DNA from: an uncultured virus (IMG/VR IMGVR_UViG_3300020049_015566)
Lineage: Duplodnaviria; Heunggongvirae; Uroviricota; Caudoviricetes
Virus record (IMG/VR): IMGVR_UViG_3300020049_015566
DNA length: 64,000 bases
Strand: one strand, 5' to 3'
The translations under genes and the position numbers were made by a program. Below are positions 9,547 to 19,342 of this stretch, piece by piece (position 1 is the stretch's first letter; the number at the start of each line of letters is the position of its first letter). The notes beneath the pieces were generated by a model. It searched no databases and was not told the origin of the DNA. It saw nothing but the letters and a program-made list of their open reading frames with translations.

Positions 9547-10457
9547 ATCACCTCGATCAGTTCCACCTCGACCGGTTGTGTCCAGCCACCCCCGCGTACA
9601 AGCGGCTCCGGAAAGGTCGGAGGAGTCTTGAAGCGAACCTTGATGTTACCGTAAACCGGGTGCGGGTAGTAGAAGGGCTCTGTATTTCGATGCTGCAGGT
9701 AGAAATACTCCAGCCACCCCATGTTGTGCTGGGGGTCGGAAGCCAGGTCTACCTTGCCCAGAGGGGTCAGTCGACGCCGCATGCCCTCAAACTGGAGCTT
9801 GAAGGTCCGCTGCTCCGGCTTCGACCGCCCAGCACGGAAGGTATAGTTCCCCCCAAATAGCAGGCCGGAGGATTCCGGTCGGTATTGCGTGCTCACCCGG
9901 TGGAAGGGGAAGTCGAAGGTCCAAAGGGTTCCGATCTTGACCACCGCGGGTTTCTCCGGAGCGAAGGAGACCCCCTTGTTGAACAAGCTGGTCGGAACCT
10001 CAACCAGCTTGACCGTAATGGCTTCCGAGAACCCTAGCCCCCCCGCAACCCCAAAGGGGATCTCAACCGGCTCCATGAAGCGAACCAGCAGTTCCCCATA
10101 ATAGGCGCTGGGGTACAGGAACTGGTCAGCGAGGGTGTGGGTCTGGTAGAAGCGGTCCAACCGGGCAAGGTTTAGCTGGGGGTCCGCATGCAGGTCTACC
10201 CCCCCACTAACCTTCGGGTAATACTTCAGGCCGGGGAAGTTGAGCGTGAAGACCCGGAGTGGGGGGGCCAGTACCAGGCCCCGTCGGTTTGCCTCGGGGT
10301 TACTGGCAGCCTGCTGGGCGGCGTACTCATAGCTGAGCCCGGTTGCGCCCACAGTGTTCCCTTCCTGATAGGCCACCGAGAAGGAATGGTAGGGAAAGTC
10401 AAACACCGGTACAGGGTCGACAAGCACCCATGGGGTCAACGGGGGGTTATCAAGCAT
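9543..10457 (-). CDS. Distal tail / minor tail protein built from two tandem homologous domains
   Basis: FDFPYH...RVFTLNFPGL...FLYP..YGELLVRF...VKLVEV is repeated as FDFPFH...RTFKLQFEGM...FYYP..YGNIKVRF...VELIEV. Confidence 0.6.
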   Translation of the reverse strand: MLDNPPLTPWVLVDPVPVFDFPYHSFSVAYQEGNTVGATGLSYEYAAQQAASNPEANRRGLVLAPPLRVFTLNFPGLKYYPKVSGGVDLHADPQLNLARLDRFYQTHTLADQFLYPSAYYGELLVRFMEPVEIPFGVAGGLGFSEAITVKLVEVPTSLFNKGVSFAPEKPAVVKIGTLWTFDFPFHRVSTQYRPESSGLLFGGNYTFRAGRSKPEQRTFKLQFEGMRRRLTPLGKVDLASDPQHNMGWLEYFYLQHRNTEPFYYPHPVYGNIKVRFKTPPTFPEPLVRGGGWTQPVEVELIEVM

Positions 10458-10803
10458 AGCCCACCTCGATCGCCCCCAGGCTCACCGGCAGAACCTCGCC
10501 CAGGCCCTTGGTGATTGGCAACAGTAGCTTGCGTTTGAACTGGAGAGCGCCGGTGCTGTCGAAGACCCCGATGTGGGTGATCTCCGGCCAGTTGCTCCCC
10601 GCCGGTCCGAAGACAACCGTTATGGCGTTCCGGGCAAGGATGGGGGGTAAGCTGGTAACAGCAAACGTCACCGGTTGTCGGCTGTAACCGACCTCGGTAA
10701 GCTCTGTCCCCCCATTACCCTTAAATAACCCCAGGGTGTACCCCGGGGCCAGCAGGACGCTGAGCATTTTCTTCTGGAGCGCAGGCTCGAAAGCGTCCCC
10801 CAT
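10450..10803 (-). CDS. Small tail protein
   Basis: GYSRQPVTF...FGPAGSNWPEITHIGVFD, a motif seen in phage tail proteins; follows the tape measure gene. Confidence 0.55.
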   Translation of the reverse strand: MGDAFEPALQKKMLSVLLAPGYTLGLFKGNGGTELTEVGYSRQPVTFAVTSLPPILARNAITVVFGPAGSNWPEITHIGVFDSTGALQFKRKLLLPITKGLGEVLPVSLGAIEVGYA

Positions 10804-10804
10804 A

Positions 10805-13800
10805 TCAACCCCCCACCTGGACCTGTTTGATGAGCTTCTTCAGAGACCCACCGCGGGAGATGTTGTCGCCCACGGTGACGATAATATCATCCTTGCTCAT
10901 ACCCGTCTTCTGATCAGGTGTCACCACCCAGACGTTCACCAAGCTCGGCGCCCCAGAGGCCGTCTGGCTACCATCAACCGCCTTCTGGCTCTTGCTTGCA
11001 TTCTGACGAATCGTCGCTTCTGTCTGGGCGTTCAGCTTGTTGAGGTAGTCCCCGCCGAGCGCATCCGCCGCCGGCTTTTGCAGGACGAACTCCCCCGGCA
11101 TCAACAAGGTCGGTACGGAGTCCCGGGCCAAGTTCCCCGGAACCGAACCCCCGCCGGCACGGCGAAGCACCGGGCCTCCATTACGGAAGAAGTTTCCAGA
11201 GAACATATCCCCGAAGCCGGATACCAGACCGCTAAACATGGCTTTGGCCCCCGTAGCGACAGCCGAGTTGCCGATAGAGGGCTCCGCTCCGTTCTGCACA
11301 CCAAAAATCAGCGATACGAACTGCTTGGCGATCTGCTCATTAACGATGCTCAGCATCGTCTGGAGGATGCTTACGCCCATCTGCCGGAAGGCTTCCGAGG
11401 TGGTATGCCCCGTCAGTTGCGCCTGGGTCATCAGCTCGGCTAACCCATTGGTCAACCCTTTGACACCAGCCGTGGTGGTCTCATACCACAGGGAGGCTTC
11501 CTTGTCCTGCTGAGACAGGCCGACGTTGGAGAGGGCGCTCTTTACCTGCTGCATCCGCCCCACCGGTCGATCCTCGGGGGGACGACCAGCAATGGCCACA
11601 CCCAGTTCCTCCAGCTTCTGCCGCAGCTGGGTGTTATCCTGCTCCAGACGCGAGATCTGGGCGTCGAGGGCATCGACCACCGCGCTGGCGCTTTGCTGTT
11701 GCGACTGGAGATCATCCAGCTTCACCAGCTGGTCAGGAGTCAAGCCCCCTGCCTTGAGGCCCTGTTGACGCAGGGCCTGGATCTCACCGCCCTTGGCCTG
11801 AGCAATACCAGCTTGCTCAGCCCGACGACCCCCAAGGGTGGTAATCGTGGCCGAGAAGTCATCGACCTGTGCCTTGAGCTGGATGAGCAGATCCTCCTCC
11901 TGCTGCTTCTTCAGGGCCTTGATCTGGAGTTCCAGGTCACGGCGGGCACGGTCAGGCACACCATACTTGGCGAAGTCCCCGTTCATCGCATCCAGCTTGC
12001 TCTGGAGGACCCCAAGGGCGGCCTTCTGGCTACCCAGCGTGCTCTTGAGGAACTCCCCCTGGATCGCCAGGAAGTCCGAGACGAACTGCTGAAGGTCCTG
12101 ACGCTCGGAGTTCGACGAGAAGGATTCGATCTCGCGGCTCAGGTTCTTCACCGCAGCGGCAACACGATCCTTGGCTGTCGTGACGATCGTGCTGAAGGCC
12201 TCCTGGGTAAAGTCTTCACCTTCCCGGAGCAGGTCCTCGATCTCGGGGAGACGGTCCCCCCCCTTTTTCTTGAGGCGCAGAAGTTCGATCCGGATCGAGC
12301 CGAGATCGGCAAGGGCCCCACGGCCCTGGCTAGTCGCCTGGGAAACCTGCCCCGCGGTCGAGGCCGTACCCAACATTGCCTTGGCCGCCGAAAGCTGCTT
12401 CTGGGCCCGCTCACGGCGGGCCTTGAGCTCTTCCAGATCCAGCTTCGCCATCGCTCCTTTTTGCTCTTGCAAGTCCTTGTCGAGGTTGGACTTCTCCGCC
12501 GACAGAACTTCGACCTTCCAGTTGTTGTAGCGGACACGGGCGAGCGAGACCGCCGAGGTCTCATTCTTGAGCTTCTCGTTCTCGGCGTTACCCTCGGCAA
12601 TCTCCTTCGCCATCCAGTCGGAGCTTACCTGCAGGAACCCCATGGTGTTCTTCTCATGGGCCTGCTTCTTGTTCGAGTATTCGCTCTGGACTTCCCTCAA
12701 CTTGGCATAGAAATCACCGGAGGTCTCTGGGAGCCGCATCTCGGCAGCCTGGAGGCCAACGAAGCCCGTATCCGCTTGCTCTGCCTTGCGGAGACCCTGG
12801 ATCTGGGTGAGCTTCCCCTGGCGGCTCTCGGCGTACTGAAGGACCTGCAAGGCCTTGTCGATGACCTCGACAGCTGCCTCATCCGAGGCCATCTTATCGC
12901 GCATCCCGTAGAGGCCTTGACGACTCCCGGCAAGCCCCTCGGGGAGTAATGTGTAGTTTGAGCCCCCATCGAAGCCAAAGAGGGACACCTGACGCAGCAA
13001 CGCCTGTCGATCTGCAGAGAACTTACCCTCAGCTTCCCCCACCATCTTACCCAGGGCCCAGCCTGCCTCTTTGGCCTGTGCCTCACGCTGCTGGACCTCA
13101 AGCGCCAGGGTATCCCCCTTTGCCTGATACTGCTCACGGATCTTGATCAGGAACTCGGCCGACATTGCCTGACGGAGTTCGGCCAGCTTCTGGATCAGGC
13201 CGTCCACGCTCTTCCCGGCGACGTTGTCGATGACCAGCCCATTCTCCTCGAACTGAGCCGTCAGCTCCTTCACAGTGCTCTGGAGGAGGTCCTGGGACTC
13301 ACTCAGAGCGCCATGGCGGACATGCAGCTGGGCCGAGGCTGCATCAAGCCGGTCGATAGCCTCACGCTGCTTAGTGAACCCCTCATTGGCGGCGGCCAGC
13401 TTGGTCTTCTGCTGATCCAGCTCCTCGGTGAGCTTCTCGGATTCCTTGGAAGCCGACCGGAAGGCGAAGTAAAGAGCCCCAAGGGTAACCAACAGGGGTG
13501 CCAGGGCTGCGGTCAACCCAAGGACGCCGGCTGCTCCCGTCACCAGGGCTGCCCCAAGACCGGCAGTCCGCAGGACAATGACGGACCCGATAAGTCTGAT
13601 CAAGCTGGTGTTCAAGAGATTGGTGCTGACAAAGAGTCCAGTCATCCCCCCTGCCAGCCCCACCAGGCCTGCCGTCATCGCTGCCAAACCACGCACGGCC
13701 AGCCCAAGGAATACCGACGAGATCACGGTGCCCACAACCTTGAGGGTGGTTCCCCACTTCTCTGACTGTACCGCCAGATTGGCCAGGCTCTTGGTCAAGT

Positions 13801-15874
13801 CCCGGGTCAGCAGCAGCATCGGCTGCAGGGCCTTCGAGGACATGATGCCGAGGTTGGACACCAGCTTGCTTGCCTGGTTGGAGAGGGACTCCATCTGGAC
13901 GTCGTTGGCGGCGAGTGCCGCCTCGGTTCCGCGCAGATCCTCCTCCAGTTGGCGGAAGACATCCGTGTTGTTGGAGAGGGCCGCGAAGGCCGACGCCGCC
14001 CGGACCTCGAAGGACTGGAAGGCGTCCCCAGCCGTGAAGCCGTGCGATTTCAGGTTCTGGAGCACGCCCTCGAAGCCTTGGGTACGGAAATCCACATCGT
14101 TCAGGGTCAGACCGAGGCGATCCAGCGTATCCTTGAAGGCCTGGCTGGGCTTCTGGATGTCGATCAGGATCTGGCGGAGGCCGGTACCCAGTGTGGAGCC
14201 GGACTTGATGCCGGAGTTCGCCATGGCCCCGAGGGCTGCCGTCAATTCCTCGAAGCTGACGCCGCTGTCGGCCGCCGTGTTACCGGCATATTGCAAGCCG
14301 AGGCTCAGCTTCTGCATATCCAGCTTGGACGAATTCAACGCCTGGGTCATCTGGTTGGCGATGGTCATCGTCTGCGAAGCGTCTTTGTTGAAGACCCCCA
14401 GGACAGACGTCACCACATCCACCGAGTCCTTCAGCTCAGAGCCAGAAGCCTGTGCCAAGGTGATAATTGCTTTCATCGACCCCTGAATCTGGGCGATGGA
14501 AAGACCGGCCTGGCCGAGCAGGACCGCAGCGTTGGCCACTTCGACCGCGGAGAATTTGGAGCCCTGCGCGACACCAATCAGGGACTCGCTCAGCCGAGCC
14601 ATATCGTTGTTGGTGGTCGCCGTGATCGCCTGCAGTTGACGCAGGGACTGGTCGAACTGGACAGCCGCGTTGGTTGCCCCCACAAACAGGCTCTGGAAGC
14701 CAGAGAGGATGGCGTAGTTGGCCATCAAGCCTGCCTGGACGGTCAGCAGATGCGCTCCCCCATCGCCAAAGAGACGCTTGCGGGTATGCTCACGCTGGTC
14801 GTTAAGGCGACCCTCCTGGGCCGCCGGGGAGTTGTAGAGGGCTTGCTGTTGGGCCTTGGCCTTGGCTTGCTGCTGGGCTTTGGCCTTGGCTTTCTCCTGG
14901 GTAATTAGGTCCTTCTCATAAGCAGCCTTCATGGCTTCGGATTGCTTGGCCATTGCCCGGGCTTGATCATCCAGATCCTTCTTACGGAGCCTCTCCTTGG
15001 TAGCGAGGTCCTTTTCGTAGGCCTCCTTCATCCGATCAGACTGTTTGGCCAAGTCCCTTGCTTGGGCTTCTTGAGCCTTGGCCTGACTGGCCTTCTGCTC
15101 AGCAAGATCCTTCTCATGGGCCTTTTTCATGACGTCAGACTGTTTGGCCAAGTCCCTTGCTTGGGCTTCTTGAGCCTTGGCCTGACTGGCCTTCTGCTCA
15201 GCAAGATCCTTCTCATGGGCCTTTTTCATGACGTCAGACTGTTTGGCCATCGCCTTGGCCTGAGCGTCCAGAGCCGCCTTATCGAAGGCAGCATTCATCC
15301 GAAGCGCAATGTCATGGGCCTTCGCTACCTCAGCCTCGGTCTCACGCTTGGAGATGTTCTGCTCAACAGTGGCTAACCGGGTGTTGACCCAGCGGCCACC
15401 GGTACCGGTCGCCTGCTGATCCATCAGGACCTTCCGGGCGGCAAGAACCCGGTTGAGGTTCTGTTCGTTTTCCAGCTGCTCCTTGGTGACCTTGCCCTGA
15501 AGAACCTGGTTCTTGTAGACCTCCAGTTCTAGCTTGGCAGCCTCCTCCAAGGCTTTGTTCTGCCCCTTGGCGTACTGCCCCCGTGCCATAGCCTCCGGAG
15601 AGAGCCCCCCGGATATCAGCGAGAGCTTCCCGGACTCCTGCAATTGCTTCTGCATATCACGGACGGCAGAGGAGAGTTTGCGGATGGTCGCAACCCCCTT
15701 CTGTCCATCCTCGTCAAGGGACTTCCCAAGGCTAAAAGATCCCCGGAGGGTGTTAACAGCGTTCTGGAGTTGCTCGACCTGGCGGAGGATCCTGCCTATG
15801 GAACCACCATCCTCCATCTGGACATCTGTCCGAATAGTCTGACTGGGACCATTTCCAGAGGAGTTGTTGGCCAT
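10805..15874 (-). CDS. Tape measure protein (TP901-like core, 1689 aa)
   Basis: Long Ala/Gln-rich helical protein with LGAMANSGIKSGSTLGTGLRQ core, hydrophobic mid-section and C-terminal GGSV...DSVPTLLMPGEFV. Confidence 0.92.
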   Translation of the reverse strand: MANNSSGNGPSQTIRTDVQMEDGGSIGRILRQVEQLQNAVNTLRGSFSLGKSLDEDGQKGVATIRKLSSAVRDMQKQLQESGKLSLISGGLSPEAMARGQYAKGQNKALEEAAKLELEVYKNQVLQGKVTKEQLENEQNLNRVLAARKVLMDQQATGTGGRWVNTRLATVEQNISKRETEAEVAKAHDIALRMNAAFDKAALDAQAKAMAKQSDVMKKAHEKDLAEQKASQAKAQEAQARDLAKQSDVMKKAHEKDLAEQKASQAKAQEAQARDLAKQSDRMKEAYEKDLATKERLRKKDLDDQARAMAKQSEAMKAAYEKDLITQEKAKAKAQQQAKAKAQQQALYNSPAAQEGRLNDQREHTRKRLFGDGGAHLLTVQAGLMANYAILSGFQSLFVGATNAAVQFDQSLRQLQAITATTNNDMARLSESLIGVAQGSKFSAVEVANAAVLLGQAGLSIAQIQGSMKAIITLAQASGSELKDSVDVVTSVLGVFNKDASQTMTIANQMTQALNSSKLDMQKLSLGLQYAGNTAADSGVSFEELTAALGAMANSGIKSGSTLGTGLRQILIDIQKPSQAFKDTLDRLGLTLNDVDFRTQGFEGVLQNLKSHGFTAGDAFQSFEVRAASAFAALSNNTDVFRQLEEDLRGTEAALAANDVQMESLSNQASKLVSNLGIMSSKALQPMLLLTRDLTKSLANLAVQSEKWGTTLKVVGTVISSVFLGLAVRGLAAMTAGLVGLAGGMTGLFVSTNLLNTSLIRLIGSVIVLRTAGLGAALVTGAAGVLGLTAALAPLLVTLGALYFAFRSASKESEKLTEELDQQKTKLAAANEGFTKQREAIDRLDAASAQLHVRHGALSESQDLLQSTVKELTAQFEENGLVIDNVAGKSVDGLIQKLAELRQAMSAEFLIKIREQYQAKGDTLALEVQQREAQAKEAGWALGKMVGEAEGKFSADRQALLRQVSLFGFDGGSNYTLLPEGLAGSRQGLYGMRDKMASDEAAVEVIDKALQVLQYAESRQGKLTQIQGLRKAEQADTGFVGLQAAEMRLPETSGDFYAKLREVQSEYSNKKQAHEKNTMGFLQVSSDWMAKEIAEGNAENEKLKNETSAVSLARVRYNNWKVEVLSAEKSNLDKDLQEQKGAMAKLDLEELKARRERAQKQLSAAKAMLGTASTAGQVSQATSQGRGALADLGSIRIELLRLKKKGGDRLPEIEDLLREGEDFTQEAFSTIVTTAKDRVAAAVKNLSREIESFSSNSERQDLQQFVSDFLAIQGEFLKSTLGSQKAALGVLQSKLDAMNGDFAKYGVPDRARRDLELQIKALKKQQEEDLLIQLKAQVDDFSATITTLGGRRAEQAGIAQAKGGEIQALRQQGLKAGGLTPDQLVKLDDLQSQQQSASAVVDALDAQISRLEQDNTQLRQKLEELGVAIAGRPPEDRPVGRMQQVKSALSNVGLSQQDKEASLWYETTTAGVKGLTNGLAELMTQAQLTGHTTSEAFRQMGVSILQTMLSIVNEQIAKQFVSLIFGVQNGAEPSIGNSAVATGAKAMFSGLVSGFGDMFSGNFFRNGGPVLRRAGGGSVPGNLARDSVPTLLMPGEFVLQKPAADALGGDYLNKLNAQTEATIRQNASKSQKAVDGSQTASGAPSLVNVWVVTPDQKTGMSKDDIIVTVGDNISRGGSLKKLIKQVQVGG
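15036..15249 (-). repeat. Exact 99-bp tandem duplication within the tape measure gene
   Basis: Unit starts at 15036, 15135 and partially at 15234; encodes KQSDVMKKAHEKDLAEQKASQAKAQEAQARDLA twice. Confidence 0.9.
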
Positions 15875-15912
15875 GTTCTAACCCTCAATGGTGAGGCGAC
15901 CATGGTCGCCTT

Positions 15913-16565
15913 CTAGTTGAAAAGTGCTCGGAAGCGTAAGACAGCTTCCTCGGCAGTCTGGGGGATCAGGGCCTCCTCAACGGCTGGCTGGGAGCTCTCC
16001 CCCCCAAAGGCCTGATTGACGATCCTCACAAGGCTGGAGTATTGCTGCAGACTCCGGGACTGTTCCTCCCCCGCCTTCAGCCGTATCGTCATTCTAATGT
16101 CCCGGAGGCTATAGAGCCAGAAAACTTCGAGCAGCCGGCTGGGCACGGTGGAGAAGGCCCAGCAGACACACTCCTCGAAGGTCAGCCCTCTGACCCAGTC
16201 GAGGTAGACTTGAAGGGCGCCAGCTTGGGTTGATACTTCTCCTCCATCGCCTTGGCCCGGGTCAACGTGCGGACGAAAAAATCAATGAGGTGCTCCACCA
16301 TCCAGTGAGTCAGACCTTCGGCGTCGTTGAGGCTGATATCCGTAGCCGTGCTGGCGGGGGTGAACTTCTGGGTGCCCTTGTCATAGGTGCCCATCAGGGT
16401 GCAGAGCAGGTCCATTTGCAGTTCCATGTCAAGATAGACGAAGGAGATATGATCCGGCCCGCCAACACGCTGGCTGAGAGCATTGAGCAGACCATAGGAC
16501 ATGAAGACCTGACGGCCATCGTTGAGGGTAAAGGTAGTCGGGAGGGAGGTGTTGTCGTTGCTCAT
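15913..16565 (-). CDS. Tail assembly chaperone pair (G 16182..16565 plus -1 frameshifted GT extending to 15913)
   Basis: Lies between tail tube and tape measure genes. Slippery T TTT TTC at 16281..16275; the -1 frame reads RPHVDPGQ...AFSTVPSRLLEVFW and joins ORF 15913..16146 without a stop. Confidence 0.8.
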
Positions 16566-16584
16566 GGCGCAGTTCCTTGGGGGT

Positions 16585-16620
16585 AAAAGAAAACCCCTCC
16601 AGTGTAGACTGAAGGGGTTT
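16585..16620 (-). terminator. Rho-independent terminator after the major tail gene
   Basis: Hairpin aaacccct..cagt-gtag-actg..aggggttt with an A-tract on the + strand. Confidence 0.6.
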
Positions 16621-16642
16621 CCTGTTCAACCACCCGGAGGGT

Positions 16643-17413
16643 TTAGGTCAGGGTGACGATACCGGCCGGGGCGCCGAGGAAGTCCGCCTGGAAGCGGGCA
16701 TAATGCGGGTCGGTCGGGATCTGGTCATAAATGGTCAGTTCCAGCGGCAGGTTCTGGTAATCAGACGAGCCGAACATCAGGCTGAACCCCTTGGTGACCT
16801 TCACCTTCGGCATCAGGATACCCACTTCCGACTTGTCGGCCAGCGTTCCCACAACATAGGCCGACAGGAAGACATCATCCTGGTCAGAACCGACCGGAAT
16901 CAGGTTACAGGCACGCACAGTCTGACCAACAGCCAGGTTAGCAACCGGCAGGTCAACAGTCACGCTGGTGCCGGCGAGGGCAGCGATTTTGCGAACCACC
17001 ACCTGATCCTGGTAACCGGTCTGGATCATGATGTAGCGGCCGACAACCAGGCCCACCGCCGACAGCACCGTGAACACGGTAGAGCTGGTCTTCACCGAGA
17101 TGGTAGTCGAGGCGGTAATGGCCGCACCAGCGTTGTAACCATCCAGGCTCAGAGCGTAGGTCAGGTTCTTGGCAGTGTATTCGTAGGCTTCCATAGTCGC
17201 GGCAATGTCATTGCCGGTCTTGGTGGAATGAACGGTCTTGTTCTGGACGCCTTGGGTCAACTTGACGTAGGTCGCGTTGGCATCCATCTTGAAGTTCTTC
17301 ACAAGGCCAATCGAGTTTGCCAGCGGGGTCAGGTTAAACAGATCAGCCGGAGCACCCAGCATGACCGTAGCAGTACCCAGCATAAAGGCATTGGTTTTAG
17401 CTTCACCAGCCAT
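16643..17413 (-). CDS. Major tail tube protein
   Basis: 256 aa with strongly biased codons, located immediately upstream of chaperone and tape measure genes. Confidence 0.75.
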   Translation of the reverse strand: MAGEAKTNAFMLGTATVMLGAPADLFNLTPLANSIGLVKNFKMDANATYVKLTQGVQNKTVHSTKTGNDIAATMEAYEYTAKNLTYALSLDGYNAGAAITASTTISVKTSSTVFTVLSAVGLVVGRYIMIQTGYQDQVVVRKIAALAGTSVTVDLPVANLAVGQTVRACNLIPVGSDQDDVFLSAYVVGTLADKSEVGILMPKVKVTKGFSLMFGSSDYQNLPLELTIYDQIPTDPHYARFQADFLGAPAGIVTLT

Positions 17414-17489
17414 GTCTGTTTCTCCGGTTGTGTTGCAGAAGGATTCTGGTGGTTAAATCATACTTGTGATGAGGTCAAGAGGCAACCTT

Positions 17490-17969
17490 TTACGCATTTG
17501 CCAGAAGTCCTCCCCTCCGCAAATCCAAGGTGCTGGATAATACCAGCTGTACAATAAAGAAGCGGGCGAACCGCTCTTCCCCCGAAACCGGCATTACCCG
17601 GGTACCATCCTTGATCGTGAATTGCCCCAAACCTTCCAGCGTATTTGCGTCCAGGTACGGGATCGTCAGGGTCGGTTTCAGTTCCTCGAAGAGGTAAGAG
17701 GCTGCCGTCTTCATCCGGAAACCATTCGTATCGGCATAGGTTGAGATTCCCAGCAGGCACTCCACGGAGAGGAAGTGCTCCTCAACCTCGACCATGACAT
17801 GGTTCAGGCCCACAAGGTCCTTCAAGGGGAGTTCACTCTCCTTGGTGAAGGAGTCAAAGGAAATCGACTCGAACTCCCAGCCCTTCTCCAGGTTCAAGGC
17901 TGTGGCGAAGCGCAGGCAAAAGTTCAGGAGAGAGGATTCAATGTTCTCGATAATCAAGTTCTGGGCCAT
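17490..17969 (-). CDS. Putative tail terminator / neck protein
   Basis: Position before the tail tube gene; start moved to MAQNLII, which has GGAGG upstream. Confidence 0.5.
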   Translation of the reverse strand: MAQNLIIENIESSLLNFCLRFATALNLEKGWEFESISFDSFTKESELPLKDLVGLNHVMVEVEEHFLSVECLLGISTYADTNGFRMKTAASYLFEELKPTLTIPYLDANTLEGLGQFTIKDGTRVMPVSGEERFARFFIVQLVLSSTLDLRRGGLLANA

Positions 17970-17970
17970 C

Positions 17971-18825
17971 TCAGGGCCTCCGGCTATAGGCTTGGCGGAT
18001 CGCATCGGGGGTCCGGTGGACCACAAACCAACGCACATAGGGTTCCAGCAAGGGGCGGTAGGGTCGATTCCCCCCACCCCCATGCCCCAGGTTCAACAGT
18101 TTACGAACTGCCGAGGGATTATTAGGGAAGAGCTTCGATTCCAGGTCCCCCGCATCCCCCGGAGAGCCTGGTATTTGGTCTTCTCCGGCATAACCCACGG
18201 TGGAGGACATTGCTGGGGGCAGAAGGACTCTCACCACCCAGCCCGAGGTAATGCGCTTGTTTGTAAACTGCCCAAGCTCGTCCAGCAGGACCTTGAAGGT
18301 ACGGTCAACCCGGCCGGTTCGTGGGTTCCGGCGGTGAACCTCTGACTCCACAACCCGGCTGACCCGAACATGCTCAGGCTTGACCCGCGGTATGGTGTGT
18401 CCCAGGTCAGCGATATCCTGCTGGAGTTGACCCGTCAGTAGGAAGAAACTGCTCTTGGGACGGGCGGGGAGTTGCTGCTTATAGACCCCCTTGGTGCCAG
18501 TTTTGCCAATACCATAACCGGTAGTCTTCCGGCGGAGATACCCGGCATTGAGCGGAGTATACTCAGGAAAGTAGATCAGGTTGGTAATCCCGGCCCCCCC
18601 CGAGACTGGGTGGCCATTGAAGTTGTTTCGGATATTCTGGGCAGCGCGGGCAAAGAGGTCCTTGGCCCACTCATTAAGGTGGTCTGCCAGCTCCTCACGC
18701 TTCTTCCGGCTGTTCATGACCGCTGGGCTGAACTCATCAAGCGCCAACCCGGTGTAGGTGTACTTGTACCAGTCGGTCAGCTCATTGGCGAAGGTAAGGA
18801 ATTCCTCCTCGCGCTTATTGCCCAT
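17971..18825 (-). CDS. Putative neck / tail completion protein
   Basis: Basic 284-aa ORF ending RPYRPLLEPYVRWF, contiguous within the head-tail block. Confidence 0.5.
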   Translation of the reverse strand: MGNKREEEFLTFANELTDWYKYTYTGLALDEFSPAVMNSRKKREELADHLNEWAKDLFARAAQNIRNNFNGHPVSGGAGITNLIYFPEYTPLNAGYLRRKTTGYGIGKTGTKGVYKQQLPARPKSSFFLLTGQLQQDIADLGHTIPRVKPEHVRVSRVVESEVHRRNPRTGRVDRTFKVLLDELGQFTNKRITSGWVVRVLLPPAMSSTVGYAGEDQIPGSPGDAGDLESKLFPNNPSAVRKLLNLGHGGGGNRPYRPLLEPYVRWFVVHRTPDAIRQAYSRRP

Positions 18826-18826
18826 G

Positions 18827-19342
18827 TCAGGTCTCCGCCACCTGGACGCCCTGCTCGATATAGACCTTCTTCACGACCCGGCCATCCAGCTGGTCCCCCG
18901 GCTGGACGGTAGATCCGCAGATATAGCGGATCACCTGGCGCTCGGTGTGCTTCATCTCAGCGGAGAAGCCCTTCGTAACCTGACGACACCAGATGTTGGT
19001 GATGAAGGTCGCACCGGTATCCCGATCCAATCCAGTGGCAGGATCCTTCACAAGGGACTGCTGGATCTTCCACACCACCTGATCGGGCAAGGGGATCAAT
19101 CGGAAGTTGAGGGAGAACTCCTCCTCCGAATGGGAACTGAGCAGGTAATGCGTGGCGCCGTGAAGGACATGGTCCCCACTGAAGGCGACCGACCCGCGGG
19201 GTACGCGGATCAGGCGTACCGGCTCCTCAAAGGCCGTGATCTGGGTCTCAGGGTTGTAGATCTCAGCCAGGATGGAGCACCCCACCCGTGTGAGGTTCTC
19301 CAGCCGGTGCTGGAAGCGTGAGAAGACCTGATGCCGCATCAT
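18827..19342 (-). CDS. Putative head-closure protein
   Basis: Contiguous ORF in the head-tail block. Confidence 0.45.
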   Translation of the reverse strand: MMRHQVFSRFQHRLENLTRVGCSILAEIYNPETQITAFEEPVRLIRVPRGSVAFSGDHVLHGATHYLLSSHSEEEFSLNFRLIPLPDQVVWKIQQSLVKDPATGLDRDTGATFITNIWCRQVTKGFSAEMKHTERQVIRYICGSTVQPGDQLDGRVVKKVYIEQGVQVAET

